Virus record (IMG/VR): IMGVR_UViG_3300036861_000995
Reading direction: 5' to 3' (one strand)
DNA length: 64,000 nt
From: a virus
The position numbers were made by a program, and so were the translations under genes. Every line of letters starts with the position of its first letter. The first letter of the stretch is position 1. The notes beneath the pieces are model-generated. The model did no database searches. It was not told the origin of the DNA and saw only the letters and a list, made by a program, of their open reading frames with translations. Positions 29,501-38,271 of the stretch are shown piece by piece.

Positions 29501-29736
29501 TTGGAGTCACCGCCCTCCGCGAGGAGAGCCGCGATCTCGGCGGCCCTGGGGTGGTCGGCGGGGATCCGCAGCACGGGGACCGGCCTGGAGGCCGGAAGGG
29601 CGCCCGTCCCGGCGCAGCGGTCGCACTGCGCGGGGCCCTCGTAGGCCGGCGCGTCGCCGTGAGCCTCCGAGCGAGCGATGATCGCCTGGTTACGGCCCGT
29701 GGCCCCGCAGTCGGGGCAGGGAATCTCTCTCCTCAC
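29497..29736 (-). CDS. small CxxC...CxxC zinc-ribbon protein
   Basis: CPDC...CDRC. Confidence 0.4.
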   Translation of the reverse strand: MRREIPCPDCGATGRNQAIIARSEAHGDAPAYEGPAQCDRCAGTGALPASRPVPVLRIPADHPRAAEIAALLAEGGDSK

Positions 29737-29962
29737 GTAGTCTCTCCTCCTCGTCGATCCTGGCTCTCGCCTCCGCGTACCCCGGGTCGCCCGGGTTCAG
29801 CACGCAGACTGTACCACTCACGCGCACCTCCGGGCAGTGCACGTCTCCCTGGACCAGGCCGAGGCCCGCGCACACGTCGCAGGCGCGAACCGTCTGGGTT
29901 CCAAGGATCACGTCGATGTCGCGAACGCGACCAGAGCCACGGCAGGCGGGGCAGCTCCTCAC
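29690..29962 (-). CDS. small zinc-ribbon protein
   Basis: CPAC...CDVC...C. Confidence 0.35.
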   Translation of the reverse strand: MRSCPACRGSGRVRDIDVILGTQTVRACDVCAGLGLVQGDVHCPEVRVSGTVCVLNPGDPGYAEARARIDEEERLREERDSLPRLRGHGP

Positions 29963-30164
29963 GTCGGCACGTCCTCCGCCCCGGGGTAGGAGGCGAGGCG
30001 CCGAAGCGTCTCCTCAGTGAGGTGCTCGCGGTCGACCACGAGGAGACGCTCGGCTCGATGCCGGTAGCTTCGCGGGAACGCGGTAGCCACCACGGCGCCA
30101 GACAGCTCCTCGCGGCTGGAGCGCAGGGCGCAGGCCTGCTCGAACGTTGGCGCGAGTATGAGGA

Positions 30165-31589
30165 TCATTCTTGGGGTCCTTGAATTGGTGATGGCTCCGG
30201 ACGGAGCGAGGGCGCCCCGGCCACCGCCTGCTCGGCGGCGAGCTCGGGGTCCGGGATCGTGATAGGGTCCTGAAGGCCCAGGATCTGGCGCACGTCGTGC
30301 ACCGCCGGGTCGTCCGGCATGATCGTGGCTCCGGCGCGAGCGAGTCGCTCGAGGGCGGCCGTGACCTCCTCGACGTCGCGGAACTCGAGCCGATCGGTCT
30401 TGATTCTCGGTCGAGACTCGTCCGGCCAGCCGTTCAGGCGCCAGATCGGCCCGATCACGTCCTTCTCGAACTGCTGGCGCATCTCCTGCAGGGCCGAGTC
30501 GATGACGATCGCGAAGTTGCGCGACTTGTCCTTGCTCATCGCGAAGGAGCCGACGCCGTTGTCGCCGAGCAGGAGCTGCTCGATGCCGAGCACGCGCGCG
30601 ATCTCGCGATTGACGCGCTCGATCGCGCGAAGGACCTCGGGCTGGCTGGTCGCCTCGGCCCGCAGCAGGTCCACGTCCCACTTGCGCTCGGAGGAGGGCC
30701 GCCGCGTCTCGAGGTCCTCGTAGGTGACCGAGTCCAGCAGGAGGCCGAGCGCCGGGTTGCGCACGTGCCCCTGGAGGAACTTGCGCAGGCCGGAAAGGGC
30801 CTCATCAGCCTGCGCGTCGTTGATCTCGCCTGACTTGACCAGCTCCTGCAGCTTCGCGAGCGGGGCCCGTCCTACCGGGATGCCGCGCAGGTCGGTCTCG
30901 AACCCCCAGCCCTCGAGCTGCTCGTAGCGCTTGAGCCTGCGCACGGACTCGACGATGTGCCGGAAGAGTCCCGCGCCCTCGGGCGAGTCCGAGATCGAGT
31001 CGTCGACGAGGTAGACGAGCTTCCAGCGCGGGAGGTAGATGTCGAGGCCGGTGCTCGGGGAGCGCTGAACGACGCCGAAGACCTCGCCGTGCTCGCCCAC
31101 GTCCCACTGCTCGATCGTCGACTGCGGGCGAGCGGCGATGTTCCTGACGCCCACGGCGCCGTCCGGCCGGCGGTAGGCCGTCCACTCCTGCACGCTGAAC
31201 CCGTGGAACCTGTACAGGGCCGCGCGTCGCACGACCTTCTGCCAGGGCGTGCTCATGTCCGGCGAGTGGAGCATGTCCGTCGCCCGCTCGGCCAGAAGAT
31301 CCGCCCCGGCGACGCCCTCGGGCGGCTCGAGCCGCCACTCCGGGCGGCTGACGAGGTTCAGGAAGTACCGCACGCCGGCCGCCACGATCGATACGTTCGC
31401 CAGCGCGTTCGCGTACGTGCGGTACTTGTTCGACCCGACGAGCTCGCTGCTCGACTCGTTGTCCTGGATGTAGCCGCCGAGGACGGCGGTCCCCGAGACG
31501 CCCGTCTCCGCGAGCGGAAAGCTGCGCGGCTCGCCCCGTATCGAGGGCGGCACCCGAGAGATGTCGGGCGTCGACGGTATCTGGGGCAT
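30165..31589 (-). CDS. portal protein (474 aa)
   Basis: Size and position downstream of terminase large subunit; call is by synteny. Confidence 0.6.
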   Translation of the reverse strand: MPQIPSTPDISRVPPSIRGEPRSFPLAETGVSGTAVLGGYIQDNESSSELVGSNKYRTYANALANVSIVAAGVRYFLNLVSRPEWRLEPPEGVAGADLLAERATDMLHSPDMSTPWQKVVRRAALYRFHGFSVQEWTAYRRPDGAVGVRNIAARPQSTIEQWDVGEHGEVFGVVQRSPSTGLDIYLPRWKLVYLVDDSISDSPEGAGLFRHIVESVRRLKRYEQLEGWGFETDLRGIPVGRAPLAKLQELVKSGEINDAQADEALSGLRKFLQGHVRNPALGLLLDSVTYEDLETRRPSSERKWDVDLLRAEATSQPEVLRAIERVNREIARVLGIEQLLLGDNGVGSFAMSKDKSRNFAIVIDSALQEMRQQFEKDVIGPIWRLNGWPDESRPRIKTDRLEFRDVEEVTAALERLARAGATIMPDDPAVHDVRQILGLQDPITIPDPELAAEQAVAGAPSLRPEPSPIQGPQE

Positions 31590-31597
31590 CTAAGGCC

Positions 31598-32119
31598 CTA
31601 CGACTTCTCGGACGCCGCCTCTGACTCGGGGCTCGAGTGACGAGCGCCGAGGCCCTTGAGCAGGTCTCCGGCGGCGACCAGGATCTGCCCCCTGGAGATG
31701 CTCCTGACGGCGCTCCCGTAGTGGCGACGCACGCGGCGAGACCCGGCCACCTTGAGCAGCTCCACGGCCACGGCCCCGAGGCCGTAGGGAAGAAGCCCGT
31801 TGAGCGGCTGAGCGCGGCCCTCGATGACCTTCGACTCGACCTGCGCGAGCTGGGCCTCCGCGTCGCTCAGGCGCCGGCCGGCCTCCTCCTGAAGCCCGGC
31901 GGCCTCCTGGTCGTCCTCGTCGCCGGGAGTCAGAGTGGCCTCCTCGGCCAGAGCCTGGGCCGCTCCCAGGTCCCTCTCGGCCTGCTCCGCGGCCTGCTGG
32001 GCGGCGTCGAAGGCCTGGAGCAGGTCGGGGCGCTCCTCGCGAACGTCGTCGCGGACTATCGAGCACGCGACGAGGGCCAGGAGGAGAGGGAGAGCGAGCG
32101 CGACGAGGGGGATCTTCAT
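31598..32119 (-). CDS. lipoprotein (lipobox LVAC) with coiled-coil region, inserted between terminase and portal
   Basis: MKIPLVALALPLLLALVAC signal/lipobox; ATG 11 nt after TerL stop. Confidence 0.55.
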   Translation of the reverse strand: MKIPLVALALPLLLALVACSIVRDDVREERPDLLQAFDAAQQAAEQAERDLGAAQALAEEATLTPGDEDDQEAAGLQEEAGRRLSDAEAQLAQVESKVIEGRAQPLNGLLPYGLGAVAVELLKVAGSRRVRRHYGSAVRSISRGQILVAAGDLLKGLGARHSSPESEAASEKS

Positions 32120-32129
32120 CAGGGCGATC

Positions 32130-33665
32130 CTATTCGATGGGCTCCAGGGGGACAAGCTCGGCCGCGGCGCCCACGGACGCGACTCGCGTCCTCAGGAGCC
32201 TCGCGTAGGCCCGGGAGGCGGCGTCCACCTGGTCCTTGAACTGGCCGGCGGGGAACACGGCGAGCTCCGACAGGAACCTGTCGGTCCAGGGCGCGCTGAC
32301 CACGAGCACGTTGCCGATCTCGACCTGGCTGGCGAGCGGCCTGGCGCGGTCCTCCTTGGAGCCGGACTCCAGGGAGAAGTGGAACGAGTAGCCGTCGAGT
32401 AGCTGGGCGAGGTCCGACTTCTGGGCCAGGCCGGCCTGCCCGGGGTCCTGCGGGATGTCCTGCACGCAGCCGCGGCCGTCCCTCTCGGCGCAGCGCCGGA
32501 TCAGCGAGCGCACCTCGCCCGGGGAGAGCCTGTCGCGGACGACGTCCGTGACGTAGTAGCGGACGCGGCCGTCCTGCACGACCCGACGCATCTTGAGGCC
32601 GACGGTGTAGGCGGCGCGGCCGTCCTTGCTCGCGGCGAGGTCCCAGCCGCGGACGTCCTCTCCGGGGGGAACCTCGTGGGCGTGGACCCTCTGGACCTGG
32701 TCGCGCTTGAACATGCCGCCGCCCCTGGGGGCGGGTCGCTGCTGGAGCTGGCCGGAGATCGCGTACTCGCCGCCCCACGAGCGCAGCGTGGGCTTCAGGT
32801 TCGTCTCGAGGTAGTCCCTCGGGAATCGCTCTGGGAAGAGGAGCTCGCCCTCCTTCGTGCGCGGGTCCCTGAAGTTCAACCTCGTGCGCGAGGGGTGCGG
32901 GTGATCGGGCTCGTGCTCCATCGGCAGGATCAGGCGGTCCCAGATGCCGGCGGGGTCGTTCGCGAGCACGTGCCCGGGAATGTCGCGCTCGTCGAGGCGC
33001 TGAGCGATGACGACCATCGCCGACGTGGCCGCGTCGTTGATGCGCGTGGGAATGACCTCGGTCCACCACTGGAGCATCTCGGCGATCTTCGCGTCGGAGC
33101 CGGCGTCCGCCGCCGAGAGCGCGTCGTCGACGATGACGCGGTCGCCACGCTCGCCCGTGCCCGTGCCGCCGACGGAGGTCGCGAGCTTCCAGCCGGTCTG
33201 CAGGGTGTCGAACTTCGTCTTCGCGCGCTGGTTCGGGTCGATCTGGACCCTGTCGCCCCAGAGCCGCCGGTAGCTCGGCGACTCGAGGATCGCCAGGCAC
33301 TTGCGGTTGTCGCGGATCGTGAGGTGCTCGGCGTAGGCGGCCGTGAAGTAGCGGTGATGCGCCAGGTTCCTCGGTCCCATCTCCCACGCGGGCCAGAAGA
33401 CGTTGGTCAGGAGCGACTTCGAGAATCCCGGGGGCACGCAGATCAGGAGGTGCCGGATGAGGCCGTCGGTGACCGCCTCGAGGTGTCGGGCTATCGCCTC
33501 GAGGGCCCAGCCGCGCACGAGTCTCCTCCCGGGCTCGACCACGGGCCACATGAGCTCCATGAACTCGATCAGACTTCGCTCGGCCCTCGGGCGGGCGAGC
33601 ATCAGGCGCGCGTCGTCGGGATTGGCCGCGGCCCAACGGAGTATCTGGTCGGGCGACGGGCTCAC
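32130..33665 (-). CDS. terL: terminase large subunit
   Basis: Walker A VPPGFSKS, Walker B VIVDD, C-terminal nuclease region. Confidence 0.9.
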   Translation of the reverse strand: MSPSPDQILRWAAANPDDARLMLARPRAERSLIEFMELMWPVVEPGRRLVRGWALEAIARHLEAVTDGLIRHLLICVPPGFSKSLLTNVFWPAWEMGPRNLAHHRYFTAAYAEHLTIRDNRKCLAILESPSYRRLWGDRVQIDPNQRAKTKFDTLQTGWKLATSVGGTGTGERGDRVIVDDALSAADAGSDAKIAEMLQWWTEVIPTRINDAATSAMVVIAQRLDERDIPGHVLANDPAGIWDRLILPMEHEPDHPHPSRTRLNFRDPRTKEGELLFPERFPRDYLETNLKPTLRSWGGEYAISGQLQQRPAPRGGGMFKRDQVQRVHAHEVPPGEDVRGWDLAASKDGRAAYTVGLKMRRVVQDGRVRYYVTDVVRDRLSPGEVRSLIRRCAERDGRGCVQDIPQDPGQAGLAQKSDLAQLLDGYSFHFSLESGSKEDRARPLASQVEIGNVLVVSAPWTDRFLSELAVFPAGQFKDQVDAASRAYARLLRTRVASVGAAAELVPLEPIE

Positions 33666-33672
33666 GGGCTCG

Positions 33673-34236
33673 TCAGCTAGCGCCGCCGCGCCTCTCGGCC
33701 TCGTCCTGAGCGCGCTGGGCGAGGAACTTCTCGAGCAGCTCCCTGGCCGCGGGGCTCAGGGCGTCGAGGTCCTGCTGAGTGACCGAGGAGGTCTTCTGCT
33801 CCACCACCTGGTGCGGTCGGAAGCGCTTGTCGTGAACCTCGAGGAGGCGCATGAGGAGGCCGTCGGAGTAGCTGCGCTTGCCGGCGGGGATCTCGTTGCC
33901 CTTCTCGTCGATGTCCTTGGCCCGGCGGCCCTGGAAGTAGACGGGCTCGACCACGCCCTCGACCGCGCGCTCCTGGGCGCTGGGCAGCAGGACGCAGTCC
34001 TTGTAGTCCTCCCAGGCGTCCTCCAGGAGGCCGCCGTAGTCGGGATCCTCCCTGGCGAGCCTCCGCACGTGGCGCGGCTCGGTGCTGGCCCGAGCGGCGG
34101 CGCGCCGAAGGTTGCCGGAGCGAGCGATCTCCTCGCAGATCGCCGCCCACTGGTCCGGTCCGATGTCGGCGGAGAGCCCGGCCCTGGCCCGCTCCTCGCC
34201 GATGATCCTGGCTCTGTCCTCGTAGCTCGCCCCCAT
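33673..34236 (-). CDS. putative terminase small subunit (187 aa)
   Basis: Immediately upstream of TerL (8-nt gap); ATG MGASYEDRAR; upstream part of track ORF is Arg-rich artefact. Confidence 0.45.
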   Translation of the reverse strand: MGASYEDRARIIGEERARAGLSADIGPDQWAAICEEIARSGNLRRAAARASTEPRHVRRLAREDPDYGGLLEDAWEDYKDCVLLPSAQERAVEGVVEPVYFQGRRAKDIDEKGNEIPAGKRSYSDGLLMRLLEVHDKRFRPHQVVEQKTSSVTQQDLDALSPAARELLEKFLAQRAQDEAERRGGAS

Positions 34237-34252
34237 GTCGGGGGCGATTGTA

Positions 34253-34937
34253 CTACGGACGATCGATCGTCGGTCGGAGGTGGTCGGGAACGCCGGTCCC
34301 GTCGACCGGACGCAGCTCCTCGCGCTGCTGCTGGTCCAGGAACTGATCGTAGGCCCGGTGGGTCCGGCCTCGCACGAGGCGGATTGCCTCCGGCGTGCAG
34401 TCCCACCACTCGGCGAGCACCTCGTCCGTCTCGTACCTCCGGCGGATGCCCTCGCGCTCCTCGTCGGAGAACGGGAACTGGTTGGGCAGGGCGAGGCGCC
34501 TCCTCGCCTCGACGCGCGCCGCGCGCCTCTCGGCGGCGGACTCCGCGGCCTCGCGCTTCGCCTCGGCCTCCAGGGCGACCCTGCGCTCGTCGATCCTCCT
34601 CTGCAGCTCCGCCTGGCGCTCCAGCCGCAGGCGCTCGCGCTCGACTCGGGCGACCTCCTGCTCCCGCCGGCGCTCGGCGGCGCGTCGGTCCCGCTCGGCG
34701 TCCTGCTCCCGCCTGCGCTCGTCGGCGCGGCGGTCGCGCTCGGCCTGCGCCTCGGCTCGGGCGGCGGCGGCGACCTGGGCCCGGACGGCGTCCCTGAAGG
34801 CTCGCTCGGCGAACACGAGTCTCCGGTTGGCCTCGGCCAGGCGACTCTGCGCCGCCTCCCAGGCGATTCGCGCCTCGTCCCTCTGCTCCAGGGCGGCCCG
34901 GTAAGCACTCTCTAGGTCGCTGATGTCTTGGCTCATG
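34253..34937 (-). CDS. Glu/Arg-rich coiled-coil protein (~227 aa)
   Basis: Start MSQDISDLES; long ERRREQ repeats; palindromic operator-like site ~50 nt upstream. Confidence 0.5.
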
Positions 34938-34985
34938 GCGGAAGGGTACCTCGCCGGGGACCCAGGTGGGCGAGGGGTCTTGGGG

Positions 34986-35005
34986 AGTCCCAAGACTGGG
35001 ACTCA
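34986..35005. promoter_or_regulatory. perfect palindrome GAGTCCCA-AGAC-TGGGACTC (8-4-8), candidate operator upstream of gene starting 34937
   Basis: Read directly from the sequence. Confidence 0.4.
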
Positions 35006-35049
35006 CAGAATGCACCCTCACCGATGGGGGGTCAGGGGTCGTGCTTCCA

Positions 35050-35704
35050 GCGAAACATGGCATCCTTTATATGGGACTGTAGGCGGTGCGGTAGGCGGGG
35101 GTGGTAGGGGGGTGGGCATGGGCGGGTAGAATGGGGATACCTGGGCCTGTAATATTTACCTTCTTCTAATAGTAATAAGAGGTGATACTGGTGATAGGGG
35201 TTCAGGACCTTATCTGACAAGGACTTGCGACGACACCACCATTCACCGACGTCACAGAAAAACGAAACGAGAAGCGTAATCGAATTGTAAAAAAATGTGA
35301 AAAGTGGCAATTGTGCAACGACCTGGACCACGCAAGGCCCGCCGGGGGTGTTCGATCTCTAGGAAAATCCTTCCAGTTCGGAAGCCTTTTCTCACTCGAG
35401 ACCAAAGGAGTTACGTCGCTCGGAAATCCTAAGGACGGCTCATTGGCATGGTATTTGAGTATGCCGCTTGCGTTACCATCCGCTCGGATGGTAACAGGCC
35501 TGGGACTAGCGCCGTGGCCGATCTTCGCCCCTTGCGATGCTGACGGCTCATGTCGTGCCAGGCCTTGGGAAGGAATGCTAGTCCGGCCCGATGTTTCGCG
35601 ATGAGTGACTCCTAGGGCAGGGCGAGGCCTCCATGGGCAGGGGGGAGGGGGTACTTCCCCCTCTCTTCCTCGCTGGCATCGACCCATCTCCAACTTCCGT
35701 TGCA
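35050..35704 (-). ncRNA. candidate large structured noncoding RNA in a ~1 kb low-GC island, transcribed from the CCGATATTAG motif at 35704-35717
   Basis: ~55% GC versus ~69% elsewhere; no GC3 bias in any frame; multiple perfect hairpins (e.g. 35472-35495 gttaccatcc/ggatggtaac); upstream promoter motif shared with four genes; flanked by terminator (36001-36043) and next gene's operator. Confidence 0.25.
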
Positions 35705-35717
35705 TTCCACTAATATC
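35704..35717 (-). promoter_or_regulatory. conserved motif copy 1 (minus strand CCGATATTAGTGGAATG)
   Basis: Member of 5-copy family CCGATAT(A/T)AG. Confidence 0.4.
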
Positions 35718-36000
35718 GGCCTTAGCGATACCGCCAAGGCCGATTTCGCCCGAGGAGCCGTAATGGGGGATTGGGGCCTATTGACGTTCTCTCCTTCCCT
35801 ATAGGCTCACTGCCAGGCTACTAGTAGCGGAGAGGGTACTGGGTCAGGAACAATCACCAATGGCGACTCCTCGAAATGGAGGAGAGAGACGCCAACTAGC
35901 ATTACCGAGCCCCGTTTTCCCTCCGTTTCCTCGCACTAGCCCCTGGTACACCACGGGCCCCCACTACCCCACAACGCTCGCCCTAGGCTCGCCAGACGAC

Positions 36001-36043
36001 CCAAAATGCAAGAAGGGGCTGGAGACCCAACGTCTCCAGCCCC
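36001..36043 (-). terminator. rho-independent terminator: 12-bp GC stem (GGGGCTGGAGAC/GTCTCCAGCCCC) then TTCTTGCATTTTGGG
   Basis: Read on minus strand downstream of 68-aa gene. Confidence 0.65.
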
Positions 36044-36063
36044 TCCCATGGGCGAGCTCGGCG

Positions 36064-36270
36064 CTAGACCAGGAACACGGGCACGCGTCCCTCGCCCCTG
36101 TCGCTCCGCTCCGTCTCCTCCTCGCGGGTCCGCATCCTCTTGATGCGCCGGCGCATGTCGAGCTCGGCCAGCACGGCCTGGCGCTCCGTGCGGTTCTGGG
36201 CTTCACAGAAGTCGATGTCCGCCAGCATCCGCTCGAGGTCTCGCGCGTCCCGGATCGTGTACTTGACCAT
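36064..36270 (-). CDS. small charged helical protein (68 aa, MVKYTIRDARDLERMLADIDF...)
   Basis: ATG with GGGAGCCTAGAC RBS motif and CCGATATAGTGG motif 39 nt upstream; followed by terminator. Confidence 0.55.
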   Translation of the reverse strand: MVKYTIRDARDLERMLADIDFCEAQNRTERQAVLAELDMRRRIKRMRTREEETERSDRGEGRVPVFLV

Positions 36271-36308
36271 GTCTAGGCTCCCTTGTGTGGTCGCACGATT
36301 GCGACGTC

Positions 36309-36320
36309 CCACTATATCGG
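36309..36320 (-). promoter_or_regulatory. conserved motif copy 2 (CCGATATAGTGG)
   Basis: ~39 nt upstream of ATG at 36270. Confidence 0.45.
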
Positions 36321-36472
36321 TCGGGCCCCCTGGAGGTTGGAGGAATCCTCCATTTTCCGAAGGCCGCGCGAACGCCCCCGCTGCAGCTACCGTCGCGCCC
36401 GCCTTGGGCCAGGCCTACGGGGCGGAGCGAGGAGCGAGAGTAGCAGAGCGACGATAGCCCGTCCTAGCGAGC

Positions 36473-36745
36473 TCACGACTCGTGCTCCTCGGATCCCTCG
36501 GATCCCTCGTCTCCCCATGCCTCTGGCGTTTCCCCGTTCGCGCCATAGGCCAGGCAATCCACGCACACTAGTAGGTGCCCGATCCTTTCGCCGTACATGT
36601 AATGCGCCGGGTACCTGTCTCCACTGAGACTCGACTCGCACACGTCGCATGACGACCAGGAGAAGCTCCCCTGGTCCGCAATGGCACGCGCAGTCTCTGG
36701 CTCCGGGTCCCATGCGAGAGCGATGGTCCATGCCAGTACATCAAT
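36473..36745 (-). CDS. possible TraR/DksA-like C4 zinc-finger protein (start uncertain)
   Basis: CDVCESS...(18)...CVDCLA pattern in C-terminal half of track ORF 36473..36970. Confidence 0.3.
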   Translation of the reverse strand: MDVLAWTIALAWDPEPETARAIADQGSFSWSSCDVCESSLSGDRYPAHYMYGERIGHLLVCVDCLAYGANGETPEAWGDEGSEGSEEHES

Positions 36746-37076
36746 AGTCTCGGGGACTTCTTTCCCGTGAGCCAGAGGAATCCGGAGTAGCTGCCCTCCG
36801 TTCGGATCCTCGGCCGCGAGAGGCGAGGATAACCCCTCGTTCGATGGTACTCCGCTGGAGCGCGCGTGTATGCACTCTGCGAGCTCTCCCTCGGGCGCCC
36901 GCGGATCGGACCGGCACTCAGAGCTGCAGCCCTGTGCCGACCTGGTCCGAGCAGAGCTCGGGCTGTTCACTCCCTACCCCGTCGGCACCCTAGCAGTACG
37001 GCCAGGATGAGCGCCAGGATTGCCGCCAGGGCGTACACCCCGGCTCCGAGGCGGTCGGGCGCGCGCTTCTGGAGAC

Positions 37077-37316
37077 TCATTCGGTCCTCCGACAAGCTCG
37101 AAGGCCGATCGCCTCCATCGCCTCCGCGTCCGAGCAATACAGGGGATTGGGCCCTCCCCGACTCTCGGGCAGACCGGCTCGAAGAGCATCCCCGCGCCTG
37201 GCCGAGAGCTCGAGGCGCGCGCATGTGGCCGCCTCGCCGAGCCTGCCGGCCGACAGCCACTCCCCGGCGGCCCTGGCCCACTCCATGCGCGCCTCCGCCT
37301 CCCGCGCCACGCGCAT
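37077..37316 (-). CDS. hypothetical small protein (~80 aa)
   Basis: Internal ATG of track ORF 37077..37418. Confidence 0.3.
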   Translation of the reverse strand: MRVAREAEARMEWARAAGEWLSAGRLGEAATCARLELSARRGDALRAGLPESRGGPNPLYCSDAEAMEAIGLRACRRTE

Positions 37317-37354
37317 CGCCTCCGCCCTCGGGCGCTCCCTCGGCTGGCGGTAGC

Positions 37355-37627
37355 TCACGGAGAACCTCTCGATCGAGCTCGCGCGAGTCTCTCGAGCTCC
37401 GCCACGGTCTGGACGCAAGGCCCGTGGTTCCCCCTCGCCAGGATCCGCGCTGCCTCAACGGTCCGAAATGGCCCGACTACGTAGACGGTTCCGGCTCGAA
37501 GATCCTCCGGAAGATCCGAGAGCGATTGGGGATCACGGGGTGCGCGGAAAAGGCGCCCAAGAGGCAGCTCGGGCCGCTCCGGATCCGGCCCCGCGCTCGG
37601 CATCGCGACGTAGAGGCGCCTCCTCAT
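37355..37627 (-). CDS. hypothetical small protein (90 aa)
   Basis: ORF in early-left operon. Confidence 0.3.
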   Translation of the reverse strand: MRRRLYVAMPSAGPDPERPELPLGRLFRAPRDPQSLSDLPEDLRAGTVYVVGPFRTVEAARILARGNHGPCVQTVAELERLARARSRGSP

Positions 37628-37833
37628 GACCCGCCTCCTTCTGGTCGCAGGAGCTCGAAAAACGACGCGAGAGCTTCGTCATATTCGGTTACCGCCTCGC
37701 GAAGGTCCTCCGCGTGGGCGCGGATCATCTCGAAGTCCCCTACGTGGGCCTGCAGCCGTCGTGCCGACCTGTGCGCAGTATCTCTTAGCGATCCTATCGC
37801 CTTCGACACTCGCACTATTTCTTGATTTTCCAT
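37624..37833 (-). CDS. hypothetical small helical protein (~69 aa, MENQEIVRVSK...)
   Basis: Internal ATG of track ORF 37624..37965. Confidence 0.35.
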   Translation of the reverse strand: MENQEIVRVSKAIGSLRDTAHRSARRLQAHVGDFEMIRAHAEDLREAVTEYDEALASFFELLRPEGGGS

Positions 37834-37841
37834 GCCTAAGC

Positions 37842-38270
37842 CTACGTCTTTCTCATCTTTGCCGCCCCCGGTCGCTCGACTGCCGTCGCCCAACTGGGTC
37901 CGACCCCGTAGCTCGGCCGCGGCCTGTAGCATCCCTGTCCCAGCCCCATTTCCAGCCGCCGGCACTCTAGCATCGCCTCAGCTAGAGATCGGTAGTATCC
38001 GCACCCGTAGTCAGCTCCGACTCGGGCCACCGTCCAACCGTCGGGGAACATCTCCACGGCGTCCCCCGGCACGAGGACGTAACGGTGCGCCAGGTCGTGA
38101 GCGAGGATGTTGTCCCCGCCCGCGAGCCGAGATGCGCTCGCCACGGCCCAGAGAACCTCGCCTCTGTACGGAACGGGCACGCACACGCTCCCCGCGGGAA
38201 CCGTGACCGTGCGAGCTAGCCCCCCGGCCTGCAGAGTGACGACTACCTCGCGAATTGTTCGAGCGCCCAT
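37842..38270 (-). CDS. hypothetical protein (142 aa)
   Basis: ORF in early-left operon. Confidence 0.4.
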   Translation of the reverse strand: MGARTIREVVVTLQAGGLARTVTVPAGSVCVPVPYRGEVLWAVASASRLAGGDNILAHDLAHRYVLVPGDAVEMFPDGWTVARVGADYGCGYYRSLAEAMLECRRLEMGLGQGCYRPRPSYGVGPSWATAVERPGAAKMRKT

Positions 38271-38271
38271 G

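Noticed and set aside
29959-30681. 240-aa minus-strand ORF overlapping the portal gene 3' end
   Set aside because: Arg-rich frame artefact overlapping the portal coding region.
35202-35705. 167-aa ORF starting at an ATG abutted by the conserved promoter motif inside the low-GC island
   Set aside because: Hand-counted GC3 is ~50% with no bias, versus ~85-90% for every credible gene here. The amino-acid composition is atypical. Interpreted as noncoding transcript, though a short leaderless peptide cannot be excluded.
35704-35860. CCACTATA / CCCTATAGG resemblance to T7/T3 single-subunit RNAP promoters
   Set aside because: No phage RNA polymerase gene in the window. Read on the plus strand, the motif would drive transcription antisense to all neighbouring genes. 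A minus-strand reading with a TATAGT -10-like core is more coherent.
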